From Bigelowiella natans CCMP2755 (Eukaryota; Protista; Cercozoa), in the NCBI GenBank assembly GCA_000320545.1, contig ADNK01001159.1:1-64000 (forward strand): a stretch of 64,000 bases of DNA, given 5' to 3'. The translations under genes and the position numbers were made by a program. A model generated the notes under the pieces. That model saw only the letters and a program-made list of their open reading frames with translations, made no database searches and was not told the origin of the DNA. The stretch's first letter is position 1. Each line of letters opens with the position of its first letter. Shown here in pieces: positions 28,215 through 40,798 of the stretch.

Positions 28215-29353
28215 TTCCCCTCTCTCTTTTCCATCCCCCCCTTTGCTAAGTTGATTGGATTGGCACTACTTCCCATCGTCTGTCATATAATAATCTCCGC
28301 AGCTGATCACACGTATTTGAACGTTGTTTTTGTTTTATTACCCCTAGCACTTCTTCGGGCTCTCAAGTTGGTGGGGCCTCGAATTGGTTTGTTCAATCGT
28401 CACCGTCACCGTAGCTGTAGCAAGCATCGTTTACAATCGTTAACAATCCCAAACAAATAACAGCACAGACCTTTCATCTATGCTCATCCATGCTGCTAGG
28501 TCACGATATCGGGAGTCTTTTTGAGCTTTGCCGTTTGTGTGTGCCCAAGAATTTTCCGCAGCGGAGAAAGCTTCCTGCTCCTCACTCTCTTGTAAGAGCA
28601 CGGCGGATTGAGATTGGAATAAGAAGAAGATGAAGAAGAAGAAGAAGAAGAAGAAGAAGAAGAAGAAGAAACAGAAGAGCAACCAATAGCATCAAAACTA
28701 AATAAGTTCGTTTACATCAACATCCTTAACAATGCGAGTTGTTGGTACATTGTTGTCAAGATATATGACCGTGGTGAAAAGCACAAGCGTCTTCATGTCA
28801 TTCCAGGTGTGTTAGTACTAACGAGAAAAACCATACGTATAATGCACAGAGGAGGAGGATAAGGAGGAAGAGGAGGAGGAGAAGTACTACTACTTACTAT
28901 TCGTGTTTCTCCTAGTGGGACATCTTATTAGTCGAGTGCGGGTACTTAACTTCGCTTGTAGCTCCTTGGACGCTGCTGTGGGGGGGTAACCCTTTGGGTC
29001 CCCCTCCTCCTCCTCCTCCTCCTGCTATTTCTTCTTCCTCGGTTGGCAGCTCACGTAAAGAAGGATGTGGTAGTGGTGGTGGTGGTGCTCGACTAGGAAT
29101 GTTCTTGGTAATTAGCAGCAGCAACAACAACAACAACAGGAAGATGAAGAAGAAGAAGAAGAAGAAGAAGAAGAAGAAGAAAAGAAGAGAATAAAGAAAA
29201 AGAGAAAAAGATTTGGTGGAAGGCTAGGTTTCTTTCCTTTGTTGATAGTATAGAAGTTGATAAGTGATGTGGTGGTGCGAAGGTGACTAATCTAGGAGCT
29301 CGGTTGTTTATAGAGTCAGGTAATTTAACTGCTAAAGTTGTAGATGCTTACCT

Positions 29354-29394
<41 letters not shown>

Positions 29395-29555
29395 CAACGC
29401 ACGGGAATCAACACACTGACGTCTTCGAGTCTCAGCGGGAAATGAGTGGATTATTTTTATTTATTTGTGAGAGTAAATGTTTGCTTCTCCCCCTTATGCT
29501 TCTCCAGCTGCTGCTGCTGCTGCTGCTGCTATGTTGTTAGAATTGTTGGGCGTTT

Positions 29556-29593
<38 letters not shown>

Positions 29594-32500
29594 AATGCCC
29601 ATCGTGCTCATCATGCTCATCAGGGGTGGTGAAGTTGAGTAGCAGCGGACCCACATGGTACTGCCTCCCTCCTGTAAGGAGAAGATTTCTGTGCTTGTGT
29701 TGTTAAAGCATGTTAGTTATATAACCCCACTACTACCACTACTAGTAATACTACTACTACTAATAATAATAGTAATGATGACAGTAATAATGCCCTGTTC
29801 ATAATTTTGGATGGTATGTATAGGTGGAATCTCTCTGCCCTAGAGGTAGAGACAGCAGCTCTCACTTGCATGCTGCTGCAGCAGCAGGACTGCACACCGT
29901 TATATTATATGCCTATGGTGTGCGTGTGTCAAAAGGAGGAGGAGGAGGAGGAGGAGGAGGAAGGAGGGGGCTTTAGATAAAGACGACACACAACTAATGC
30001 AGTGAATATCCAATGTTGATGTCGTCATCATCCCCCCCCCTCTTTCATCATCATCATCTTCTTCTTCTTCCGTCAATCAATAAGAAGATAAATTTGATCT
30101 TTGAACGATTCTCACGCTATCGACATCACACATCCTTGCTGAACATCATCTTTTGCTGCGACCACTACTAACAGTGGCACTTTGAGTCCCAATGCATACC
30201 TCATTACATGTCCTACTATGCTCACCAGGTAGTACTAGTACAGTAGTATGGTAGTAGCAGTAGTAGCAGTAGTAGTAGTAGTAGCAGCAGCATCATGTAG
30301 TAGCATTATATGTTGTATGGCAAAAACGAGGATTGGTAATCCCAGTATTAAGTTCATAAATGAGTTCTCTCTTTCTCTCTCTCTCTCTCCCTCCCTCTTT
30401 CCTCCTCCTCATGGAAAAAATGATGGGCGACGATTAGCATAGAAATTGGGGTTATTGACCTCTAATTATTCATATATGATGAGCGTGGGGTGCTACTAGC
30501 TGGTAGGCAGCCATTACAGCATCAGCATGCAGTTATATACAGATACTATAATGGAAACATCGTGCAACATCATCAGCTACCCCCTCTCTGGTTGAAGAGG
30601 CTCAGTGTGAGCATGGTCTATTTCATCCTTATTGGCTGCCCATATCTACTCTATATCCCGGTAAGTAAAATCACTAGTCTCTGCAGCAGTGCTTGTTGCT
30701 TTGTAAACATGAATTACTGATAACGATGGCATTGATTACGTGGATTGGGTACATCCGTTGATGTGGCCCTCTTAAACCATTCATTCTTTGCTAGATTATT
30801 CCCTCATGATTCCAATTCTCTCATCATTTCTCAGCTTTGGCCTTTGCGCCATTTCTCGTGGATGGCTCTCGCCTCTTTCCAGGTTTTTTCTATTGATCGT
30901 GTCTTTGTTTGCTGTTGGGTGATACGCCGTTCTGCCCTCTCTCCCAGCCAACAAGCACACAAGAGCTAGTTGATGCATCTATCAGCAGCACTTATTCGTC
31001 TAAGTTTTACGGTTGATCTTGTGCAATGATCTCTCGATGAAGAGACTGTGATGATTATGATGAGGACAATGGTAATATATCGGCAGACAAAAAGATTTAA
31101 ATCACATCCACAGGTCTTGATCATCCTGACGGGAAACTACAACTTCTTCAACCTACTTTCTCTCGCACTGCTGGTATTTGGACGTCAAAACGACGAATTA
31201 TGGGCTCACTACTACCACGATTATATCTGCCCTACTACTACTATTACTACTACTACTACTACAACAACAACAACAACAACAACTGCTACTACGACTACGA
31301 CTACTAAAGTAATTCCCCAGCTCCTCGTATGTATTCGAAGAATAACGAGCAACATCGATTACTATCCACTCTCACTATCATTGACGTTAAAGGTTCCCAT
31401 GATGAGAATGATGAACAAGAAAGTCATTTCTCGCTGCTTCTTCTGCTCCTCTTTGCTTGGAGGAGGACGAGGAGGAGAGGCAGCAGGAGGAAAACAGAAG
31501 AACAACCCTCCAGTGGACACTACTCTCCCAAAGCATATAAAGTTACTCTATGGATTTGAGATGCTTGCCTCGGTAGATATCAGCCCATGATTGTGATCGC
31601 GATATAGTAGTAGAGAGAAAAGAGGAGGCGCCAAACCCCAAGACGCTAGCTGCTTTACTTGAGAAAGTGCTGATGTTGGCCAATCCAGAGCCGATGTGCG
31701 TGTCGCTACTGTCAGCAAATGCTGTTTTTGCTTCGGATTGACGATAGTACCCTATAAATGACGGGTTTTGCTTACACGCCATCAAAATCATCACCATCAT
31801 CATCATCATTATCATTATCATATCACTATCATCATCAGATGTTCATATGTTCGGTGATGGTGCAATACTGGACCCAATTGTTTGGAATAGAAGCTGATTT
31901 CGAGAATGGGAAGGTTTCACCTCTTCTGTGCATGCAGCTCACTGCTCATCTCGCATCCGAGCTACTCCTCATCTTACAGAAATTCCACACACAAGCAGCA
32001 GCAACAACCAGCACCAAAATTGATTATGATTTCCACCACTAATCAGATCTTGAGCAAAATCCAATTCAGCAAAAACGAGTTTTACCCTGCGATGGGAATG
32101 AGTGTATGGGTGATGGCAACAATGACAATAAACAATGATAATAATAATAACAATAACAATATCTACGAGACTGCTGCTCTTTAATTTTACCTTGCCTGTC
32201 TTACTGCTGCACCTGACCCCATCTTCAAAGAATCGAGAGACGAAGTAGTGAATGCTGAATCATCGTCACGATTGCAAATGAACACTAACCCAAGCAAGCC
32301 TTGGAGCTGATACTAGTTGACATAAGTAATATCGGCCATAACAACGACAGGTGTGGTTCTTGGTCGCTGGATGTTCGTTTCTCCTCGAATGTTGTAGGTA
32401 GTAGTAGCGAAGGTCGCAATGCCGAGCAATCACCAACACAGCACCACAGAAACTGATCGATGTGGTTTTGAGAACCCGTCGATGCTGTTAGCTACTGCTT

Positions 32501-33254
32501 TGACGAAAATTCGTTTCGAGCACTATTTTTACTCCGGGGTTTGAAACGAGATGCTGTTACGATTTTCGTTATGATCGCATGTTGTTCGTTTGTTGGGATG
32601 GTGCTTTTATACTATCTAGGAGCGTGTACGATGAGATTTCGGTCTCCACGAAACATCCACTGTACCCACCACCTGCGTCAGCAGCAGCATCGTCTTCTCC
32701 TTTAACGCGCCTCGCTCGATGCTGCCAAGGTGGCTTGGAGGAGGACCCGAAATACAGAGGATATTGCCATCGCTTGATTTGGCTTTTTTTGTCGATGTCG
32801 TTGTTCAGGAAGCATTGGCAAAATTTGGAAAGTGGTACGGTTCGGTTGGTGCCTTGGCGGGTGTGTCGTGGCCTCTGCTATGTTTGTCGTAGCAGTCAAC
32901 TCACACTGCAATTTGAGGTAGGAAGGGTACTGCTGAAAATGGTGTTTATGTTGTTTGTTAATGGGGTGTGCTGCTATGCAGCTAATTCGTATTTGTCGCA
33001 TCCATAGTACTAATTTTTGTTACCTACCCACCGATGAGAGTGGTAGTTGTAGTAGAAGTAGCTTGTTCTATGAAACTAAGAACGAGTCGCTTCTCTTTCG
33101 CTTGACCATCGCCTCTCTGAAACATACATCATAAGAAAATGCTGCTGCTAATTACTGCTACTACTGCCACTCTCACGGCCCCCATTCCTGAACAATAATA
33201 ACACAGAAACCTACATCTCGATAGAACTCCTCATGCGGTCAGCGATAGGGATGA

Positions 33255-33287
<33 letters not shown>

Positions 33288-33877
33288 CAGTAGTAGACAA
33301 CATCTTTTCCACCTACCATCATCGCTGCTGTTTATAGTAGCAGTAGTAGGAGGAGGAGGAGGAGGAGGAAGAGAACAAAGAGCACCTTCATCATAATATT
33401 TGCTAGGAGCTCACGTTGATAATGATAATGGTGGTGATGATGATGATTGTTTGATGTGGTGTTCTCTAACCCATGCTCCCCGTCCAACACACCCACAGGG
33501 AGAATCTCTGCAAAAAATCGATAGGTGTGATGTCTTATGTCTAGGGAAGCTCTTTCTTTACTGATGTGCTCGCACACAATTTGGATTAAACAGTTTATAA
33601 ACTAGGGCAAGAACGACGATAGCAAACACGAATATTGGGCGCCTTATAACTACCCCGCCCCCCCCCCTCTCTCACCCTCTTATTATGAACACCATATATC
33701 CAAGGATGATTCCCAGGTCACTCTTAAGGATGACCAGCATCAACGCACCAAAATGGATGGCAGCCGGCTCCTATGGGTTATTTAGGCACATGACAGGGTG
33801 ATAGTCTTCTATCTCTTTGTAAGAGCTGCTGTTGTAGTGAACATTCTCTTGATCTCCCTCCCTCCCTCTCTCTCTCG

Positions 33878-33923
<46 letters not shown>

Positions 33924-34354
33924 CTCATGCTGTACACCCCATCTTTCACGTCGTCGATGTGTGTGTTATTATTTAACACGTGGTCATCTTCTCAGTGTGG
34001 GAGGGCGACCAGAGCTGGTACTAGAGGCTAAAGTGAAGAAGAGGAGGAGTAAAATTATGATGGAGGAGGAGGAGGAGGAGGAGGAGGAAGAGGAGGAGAC
34101 AACAACACGTATGTAAAGTTTGTATGATGATATCAATATCTATCTATCTATCATCATCTTTTGATAATGCTGTGGACAAGTTATCTTGGTTCTGATGGAC
34201 GCTGATTGCTGCTACTTTCTTACGTACAACTCCTTTCATCATTTCCCTCCTCAAAGAGGAAGTTCCTTTTCGTTTTAAGGTTGGCTCGGTTCACGAGATT
34301 CCAGGCATCATAATCCCGCATCAACCTAGAATAGACTGGCAGGTTTCCTCCCTC

Positions 34355-34396
<42 letters not shown>

Positions 34397-34435
34397 AAGA
34401 TACTACATGTATATATACATGTTTTTATTCATAAG

Positions 34436-34502
<67 letters not shown>

Positions 34503-35870
34503 GTGCGTTTTTAATTGTTCAACGCCTTGAGTCTCTCACGCCAGGCTCATATCCGTTGCATCGTTTGACACCCGACTAGCATATAACTGATACTGTGTTT
34601 TCTGGCCTCGTTCAGATGTGGTTTGCTGCCCTTGCGAGCGCTGATAACCCGCCAGCTTGGCTATTGAGCTTTGTAATCATAAAACGAGTGAAAGGGGGGG
34701 AGGGGAGAAGAGGAGCAGGACATATATACGCACAGATAGTCACGAATAACACACTCATGATTTTGAAGAAATTACTCGCTGCAATGTCAGGTGCACGGCC
34801 TTCTGAGGGGGTCCGAAGATGTGAGTTTCACTTACTACTCACAATAGTATTATTAAGTATGGAATGCTGCTAATTTTTCGTTGTAGTCTGTCTTCTTTGA
34901 ATACAATGTATGTAGTAAAAAGTAGTTTCCCTTACAAATGTTATGAGCTTCTTTAAACGTGTAGACCGAAAATTCTATTGCATGACTACAACACCAACCA
35001 TTCTTTCAATCTTATAGCCCTTTTTGTGCGTCTTTGTAAATGGACTTTGCAAGCCAAGAATCAACGTCACTGCGTTGCTGTATCATTCATGACCTTTCTT
35101 CTTGTTCTTCTCTTGTCTCTTCGTCGATGCTACTACTTTACCGTTATTGCCTTTCATAACCCAGATCTCTATGCTGTTGCAGTCCGATTACTCTGTATCG
35201 GTAGTAAGCAGCCTTTGTTAAATGAATGCTAATTACCATACAGATGGTTGTTGTTATATTTGTGTGATATTAATGTTGATGTGCCTGTGCATGATATTTC
35301 TTTGTATTACTCACTCAAACAGGATCGCATTGAGTCCGTTCAGATCTTGCAATATCGTTACCACTACACAAATTACACGGAAGAAACCAGAATTGTAGCA
35401 GATACTACCTCCCCCACCATAGCTCCGTCGTTCCGATATTGGCATAGAGACTCATTATCGCACTTTCTGCCCGAGCTTTCTCATTCAACTCCTGGGTTTA
35501 AGGATTTCCTAAAACGTGCAAATCTGTGGAGCTCGAAGAAGAAACGGTTGGTATTAGAGAGAAGGAGGAGGAGGAGGAGGTGGTGGTGGGGGGATGCCTT
35601 ATTTTGCTTGGATTGTGGTTTTGCTGGGTCTTTCTATGGCATTGCCAAGACTTAACGTTTGTGTTTTCCTTGTCACTTAGAAAGAAACAACGTAAAAGGC
35701 GCAAAGTTGAGGCTCAGAACAACTTTGCGGTCATAATAAGCACATTCTTACTTTGCTTAGAATTAGGTCCATGTTTGTTTTTTTGGGGAAAAACAATTTT
35801 TGTGCTATTTTATACAGGTATCAGTTCTTCACAAGATTCGTAAGGTTTTAAATTTATTCACAATTTGTTA
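27504..35870 (+). CDS. Lipase maturation factor family protein, many exons; 3' end approximate
   Basis: TRDLFLLLMGYLFLCAFVSIYIQTP|GLFGDDGILP; GVVKLSSSGPTW; HFESQCIPHYMSYYAHQ|LP; VLIILTGNYNFFNLLS; YGLFRHMTG; GGRPELVLE; PHQPRIDWQ|MWFAAL; QYRYHYT. Confidence 0.93.
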
Positions 35871-35939
35871 AAATTTAGCACCTCTCTTCTGATTTCAAGA
35901 GACAGCGCAATGTTCACACGTATCGCTTAATTCTAAGGT

Positions 35940-37005
35940 GTCTCGCACTCGGATCGAATCGATGCTCCGTCACGAGCAAATAGTTTGGGCTGCATTGCTG
36001 ACAACCGTCCTCGCACAACTGTTGTTTGGCCGGCGCCCATCATCTCAGTGTAGTTAGTTTCTAGATTGATCACGTAGAGCATGCTAGCATGGCTTGTGCT
36101 TGCCACTGCTAACTCCTCAATGCACATGCCACTGCTACCTACAATCGAATGTTTCGCATCGCAGCAATCCAGCAATGCTGCCACAGCCACACCTAGCCAG
36201 GCAGACATGGCACGCCCGCCACACATCGCGCGTCAGCGAGCTCATTCTTTTGTGTTTTCCTCGCTCGTGGGACACTAGCGACAACTGCAACATGCGATGC
36301 CATGCTGGCATGATGTGCACGTAGCTGCTGGGGAACTCGCACAATCTTCCATCATTTTGTGCCTCTCGTCATCTTGTGTGCAATTGAGTCACAATGCGCA
36401 CAGACCATGCGCTGAGTGTTTGGATGTTGACGTACTAGCGTGTTTGCTGTCGATGGGGGCAGCAGAGAAAAGCTGTGCGGAAGACCATTGCAAATTGACG
36501 GGCGGGTCGGACACGAAAGTCACAATGCAACACGGGTCACGTGCTGTTGGCGTGACTGTGCACACAGAAGCACAGAAGACTGAACACTGCTAGACTGTCG
36601 CCGCAAAACTGGAACGCTGAGAAGGAGCGTTGCACCACACCCCCCGAGCAAGCAATGGAAAGAGGAATGGGAAGATCTAGAGATGTCAGCACGCATGGGA
36701 TCAGGCATGACAAACATGTCCATCATGGGTGTGACTTGCGTTGCACGCTTGTCATGTCCCAGAGCCAGCCAGCACTGCAAGCTAGATGTGAGAGGTCTGC
36801 CTAGCAGCAGGTTGAAAATTCTTGGAGGTTGATGCTCTCATCGAGGGACGAATCGATGGAAATTTTGAAAGTGAACATTGAACGTCGGGTTGATGCAATC
36901 ACTGTCAACCACTCCTGTGCGTGTGTGCGCAACGACCCACTTGCGAAACACTGCCCATGGCTGCCAAAAAATGGAGTCGCAGTTCATCTCACGAGGAGGA
37001 GTGCC
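35940..37005. other. TpA-depleted intergenic domain
   Basis: Residual TA nearly all CTA/TAG; overlapping Tyr-poor ORFs in many frames. Confidence 0.88.
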
Positions 37006-37145
37006 GATATCAACTTAATTTCTGATTTTTTGTCAGTCGCAGTATAAAAATCAACTGTATTTGTTTAAAATGGGCTTAGAAACAAATAAAACCATGCGAT
37101 CCAGATAGTCCTTCCCCCGCCGCTTGCCAGCAGTTAGCGAATGCA

Positions 37146-38684
37146 TGTTTTTGGATGTTTCTTCCTCACGATTTTGGGCTGTAGATTGTACAAGGTGCGT
37201 GTCATTTTGCCTCACATCGAAGGAGTAATTCCGAGGGAGTGCACACATGCGATACTCTTGGAAAACATGTGTATCAGTTCCCTAGAGGACGTTGTTATGA
37301 TTGAAACATGACAGCGGCTACGATGACGGTTTAGAGATAAGGGCCTACTCGATTGTTTTGCTTGCTACCTTGTTTCCCTGTCCTCTCTCTAAGGCAATAC
37401 TTTCACTTTCAGGAAGATATATTACCAAGTTGCAAGGATTCGGTCAGTGCTCGTGAGAGTTACTCGGCCTCTCTAACCCTGCCGGTTTTAGAAAGGCTTA
37501 GGGGTGGGAAAGGCGCTTATGGGGCTAAGATGAGGAGGTATAGATGCGTAAATCATGAAATATGATAACGAGTGTTTTTATAAAAACCGAATCACGCTCC
37601 AAAACGATTTTTCGAACGATTGCATTTGCTTTAGAAGAGGGCCATCAGATACACTCCACAAGTCATAATAAACACCACGCACACAGGAATATCAAGTTCC
37701 GAAAATTCATGTATCAAGTCGATGGTGATTACTATGTCGACGATGATGGAAAGTTCCGATGGGAGAAGGAGGAGGAAGAGAAAGAGAAGGGTTTCGACAA
37801 AAAACTTGAAAACTGGGAACGAGGTAAAAGCTTGATTTGTAAGCAGCATTAGTAACAGCACCAGTAGCAGTGGTGGTGGTGGTGGCGGCAGTAGTAATAG
37901 TGAAACAAGTTCACCAGTGTTTTTGAAAGAAACGTAGGTGGAAGCAATGTCGGTATAACCGAAATAATATCAGACCAAAAGCTTCGCAATTTCGGCAAAG
38001 AGTTCACGGAGCATCTCGCGTGTGTGGAATACAACCAAAGACTTATGGAGAAGAAGGTATGATCAGAATTAAACGGAGCTTCTGAAAACTATTTGATTGC
38101 AAAATTCACCTTGTAGAATTAGTATGCTAAACTCGAAATTTCGCAGCCAATATCCAGATAGGCGCCATTAAAAAAATGTCATACGTACGGCCAAAAATCG
38201 CGCTCAACATTACAAAATAACAATAATGTGGCTGCGGGAACAAATAAACCGAAGATTATTTTTGCATTGTCCTCCTCCGTGGAATAAGTTATTGATGATT
38301 CAGTTCTGACAGAATTTTTGAAACGTTGCTATTCTATTACATTTCGAGCGATAATTTGAAATATCTCGATTCATGATTATCGTCAATCAGACAAAAAGCA
38401 CAAAAGATCTAGAATTGCAAGGTCGTGCATATGCTGACCAGGGAGAGGAGGAAGAGGAAGAGGCAGAGGAGGAGCAAAGTCGCAAAAGGGCACGCATTAT
38501 TGAGCTGAGACAAGAGCAGAAACGCGCAAAGGAAAACGAAGAAGTACGTCTTCTCAATGATAGTGACGGCGGCGACATTAAAACCAAGAATCCGCCTCGA
38601 AAACTTACCAGCAATGACCTGGGCATCCATGTCTCATCCTCCTCCACTTCACCGTCGCCATCCTGTTCTGAAGAGGAGGAATGA
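37146..38684 (+). CDS. Possible SDE2-like protein (ubiquitin-like GG|KG motif plus acidic coiled coil); exon structure unresolved
   Basis: RLRGGKGAYGAKMR at about 37493-37536 resembles the SDE2 motif LRGGKGGFGSMLR; downstream E/K/R-rich exons at 37635-37820 and 38391-38684. Confidence 0.45.
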
Positions 38685-38929
38685 GAGATGGATCGATTGA
38701 AGCTGTATCTCAATTTCGGTCGATGTTCAGAAATGGTGAATGAGCAAAGTAGCGATATCCCTTGCTGTAGTTGTGGGTAGTGTTCTTCATACTACAGCTT
38801 TATAGCGAGTCAACGATAAACAAAGTTTTGTCGAAACGTGGCCGTATTTTAGAAATATTGTTTAACATGTACATTTAGTCTATTACAAAGCTGCCCCCTG
38901 AGTGTGCACAGTATGTAACAACAAGACTG

Positions 38930-39530
38930 CTAGCACGTTCATTGTTGAAGTGTTTGTCAGTAACAAGTGAAATTACGGTGCAAGAAAAAGTCATCGCACC
39001 ATGCTAGCATGCACTGCGCTGTTGTTTGTTGCTGACAAACTCTAGCACTACTAGACGAACACTCGCCACCGTGCCTCACCGCGTGGTAATGCATGTGCGC
39101 TTGTCTAGTAGCATCAAAATCATCAACAGCGCTAGAGCGGTTGCACACTCTGCTAGTCGGATCCACTTGTTTGTTACTAGCTGTTGTCGCGCACGCGCTG
39201 CTAACGTTACTAGGCCTAGCAGCAGGCTAGCTAGTAGTGCGTACCAGCCGATTTCATGCAATTGCTCTGACAGTCTAGCTCTAGAGCTAACTGTAGCACA
39301 CAGCTAGTAGTGCCATAGTGCTAGAGTGCCACAGAGTTCTCCACACTAGAACACCTAGACACGCCTAGCTAGACGTGCGTCGATCACATCTAGCTAGACA
39401 TGGCATACAAATCTGCGCACAACTACTAGCTAGCTAGAGGCTAGACAGCGCATGCTACTCTAGCTAGCTAGTACTTTAGGCTAGCATGGCACTACATGCT
39501 AGCATGGTCTAGTGGTGTGCAGCGATAGTG
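38930..39530. other. CTAG-saturated domain
   Basis: Very dense CTAG/GCTAGC, other TA contexts rare. Confidence 0.8.
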
Positions 39531-39909
39531 GCTTCGTGGACCAATTTTACGATTTGTTAATGCAACCAGACTGCACTCTTTACATATGTGCATATTTTAG
39601 CGCTTAAGCATCGATCATGCTTGGCATTGTCATCTGTTCTAGTGTTGCATGTCGACATGTTTTTCGGTGTCATTGTGTGCAAATTTTAAAAAATTTACTT
39701 GCATCAGATTCGAAACAATATTCTTTACATTATCTTCTGTGGAGCTTTAACTCATTGTTGTTTTGCTGTTTTCATCTCGCTGAACACAATTTGACTGGAC
39801 ATTTGGTTAATTTTACTATCTACAATTCCACGGATTTGATTTCATTACTTTTCCCGGAATCATTATGCACAATGGCACAATGCATGGCTCATTTTTTCTG
39901 TGACAATGA

Positions 39910-40143
39910 TCAATATGGCTTTTGAGAAGAGCTCATATGATGCCCTCTTGAAACTTTTCGAATTTCAGGTGAAGCCAGCGGTAACCATCCTGTGAGGCAG
40001 GTCCCGAATTCTAACGGATCTTCACAACTCTGCTGAGAATTGGTAGATTTTGCTGGAAGATGCCTATTTACAAATTCGGATGCTCGCGCACGATGAGCCG
40101 CAGTAGGGATAACACGTCGTAGAAGAGATGAGAAGGAAGGCAT
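39910..40143 (-). CDS. Putative 77-aa protein with a mitochondrial-presequence-like N-terminus
   Basis: MPSFSSLLRRVIPTAAHRARAS... is Arg/Ser-rich with no acidic residues; it sits head-to-head with SPF45; no family recognised. Confidence 0.3.
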   Translation of the reverse strand: MPSFSSLLRRVIPTAAHRARASEFVNRHLPAKSTNSQQSCEDPLEFGTCLTGWLPLASPEIRKVSRGHHMSSSQKPY

Positions 40144-40798
40144 ACGAGGGTACGACTTGTAGATCACTCACACCAGGAGTGAGTTGAGATTTGAGAAAAC
40201 CTCTTTCGTATAGGAAAAATACAAGGCCATTTTCCACATGAATCCCAATAATAGCTCGAATTTCGGTGAAAGGACGATATTATTCCTGGAACTTGCTTTT
40301 TTCTCTTTTTGGATAGGGTAGATCTTTCTTCTAGAAATCATCCCGAAAAGATCCACGTGACTACTGGTAGGGGGGTACTTCATTATTTATGACAAAAAGA
40401 GCTCTTTCGACTTTAGAGACAAAGAGATATCAAGGCATTTCTTATATTTCAATAAACTGTGGATGTTCCTCCACTACGACAATAACTATCTGCAGCTGTA
40501 CACCACAGTACCGAATTTAGTTAGCCCGTTCAACGAGCATGCTATCTGAAAAAGCAGCGCATACGCACTTTATTTATGCTCATTATGTTGATATATGTCT
40601 TGTCTTTGAAAAAAAATGTCAACCTTCGCATATTATCACATGGACTATGTAATCTGGAGATTGTGATTTTAGCTGTAAATCTCCTGTATTTCGCCCAAAT
40701 CGTAATCACAAACGGGGATTCGTACTCGCTTGCTCCTAGGGCTTCCCCGGGACGGACATTCCAGAACGAAATCCTGAAGCTTTTCCTGAGAAATAGGA

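Noticed and set aside
35940-37005. RIP or CpG-methylation decay as the explanation for intergenic composition
   Set aside because: RIP increases TpA and 5mC decay removes CpG; here TpA is lost and CpG retained
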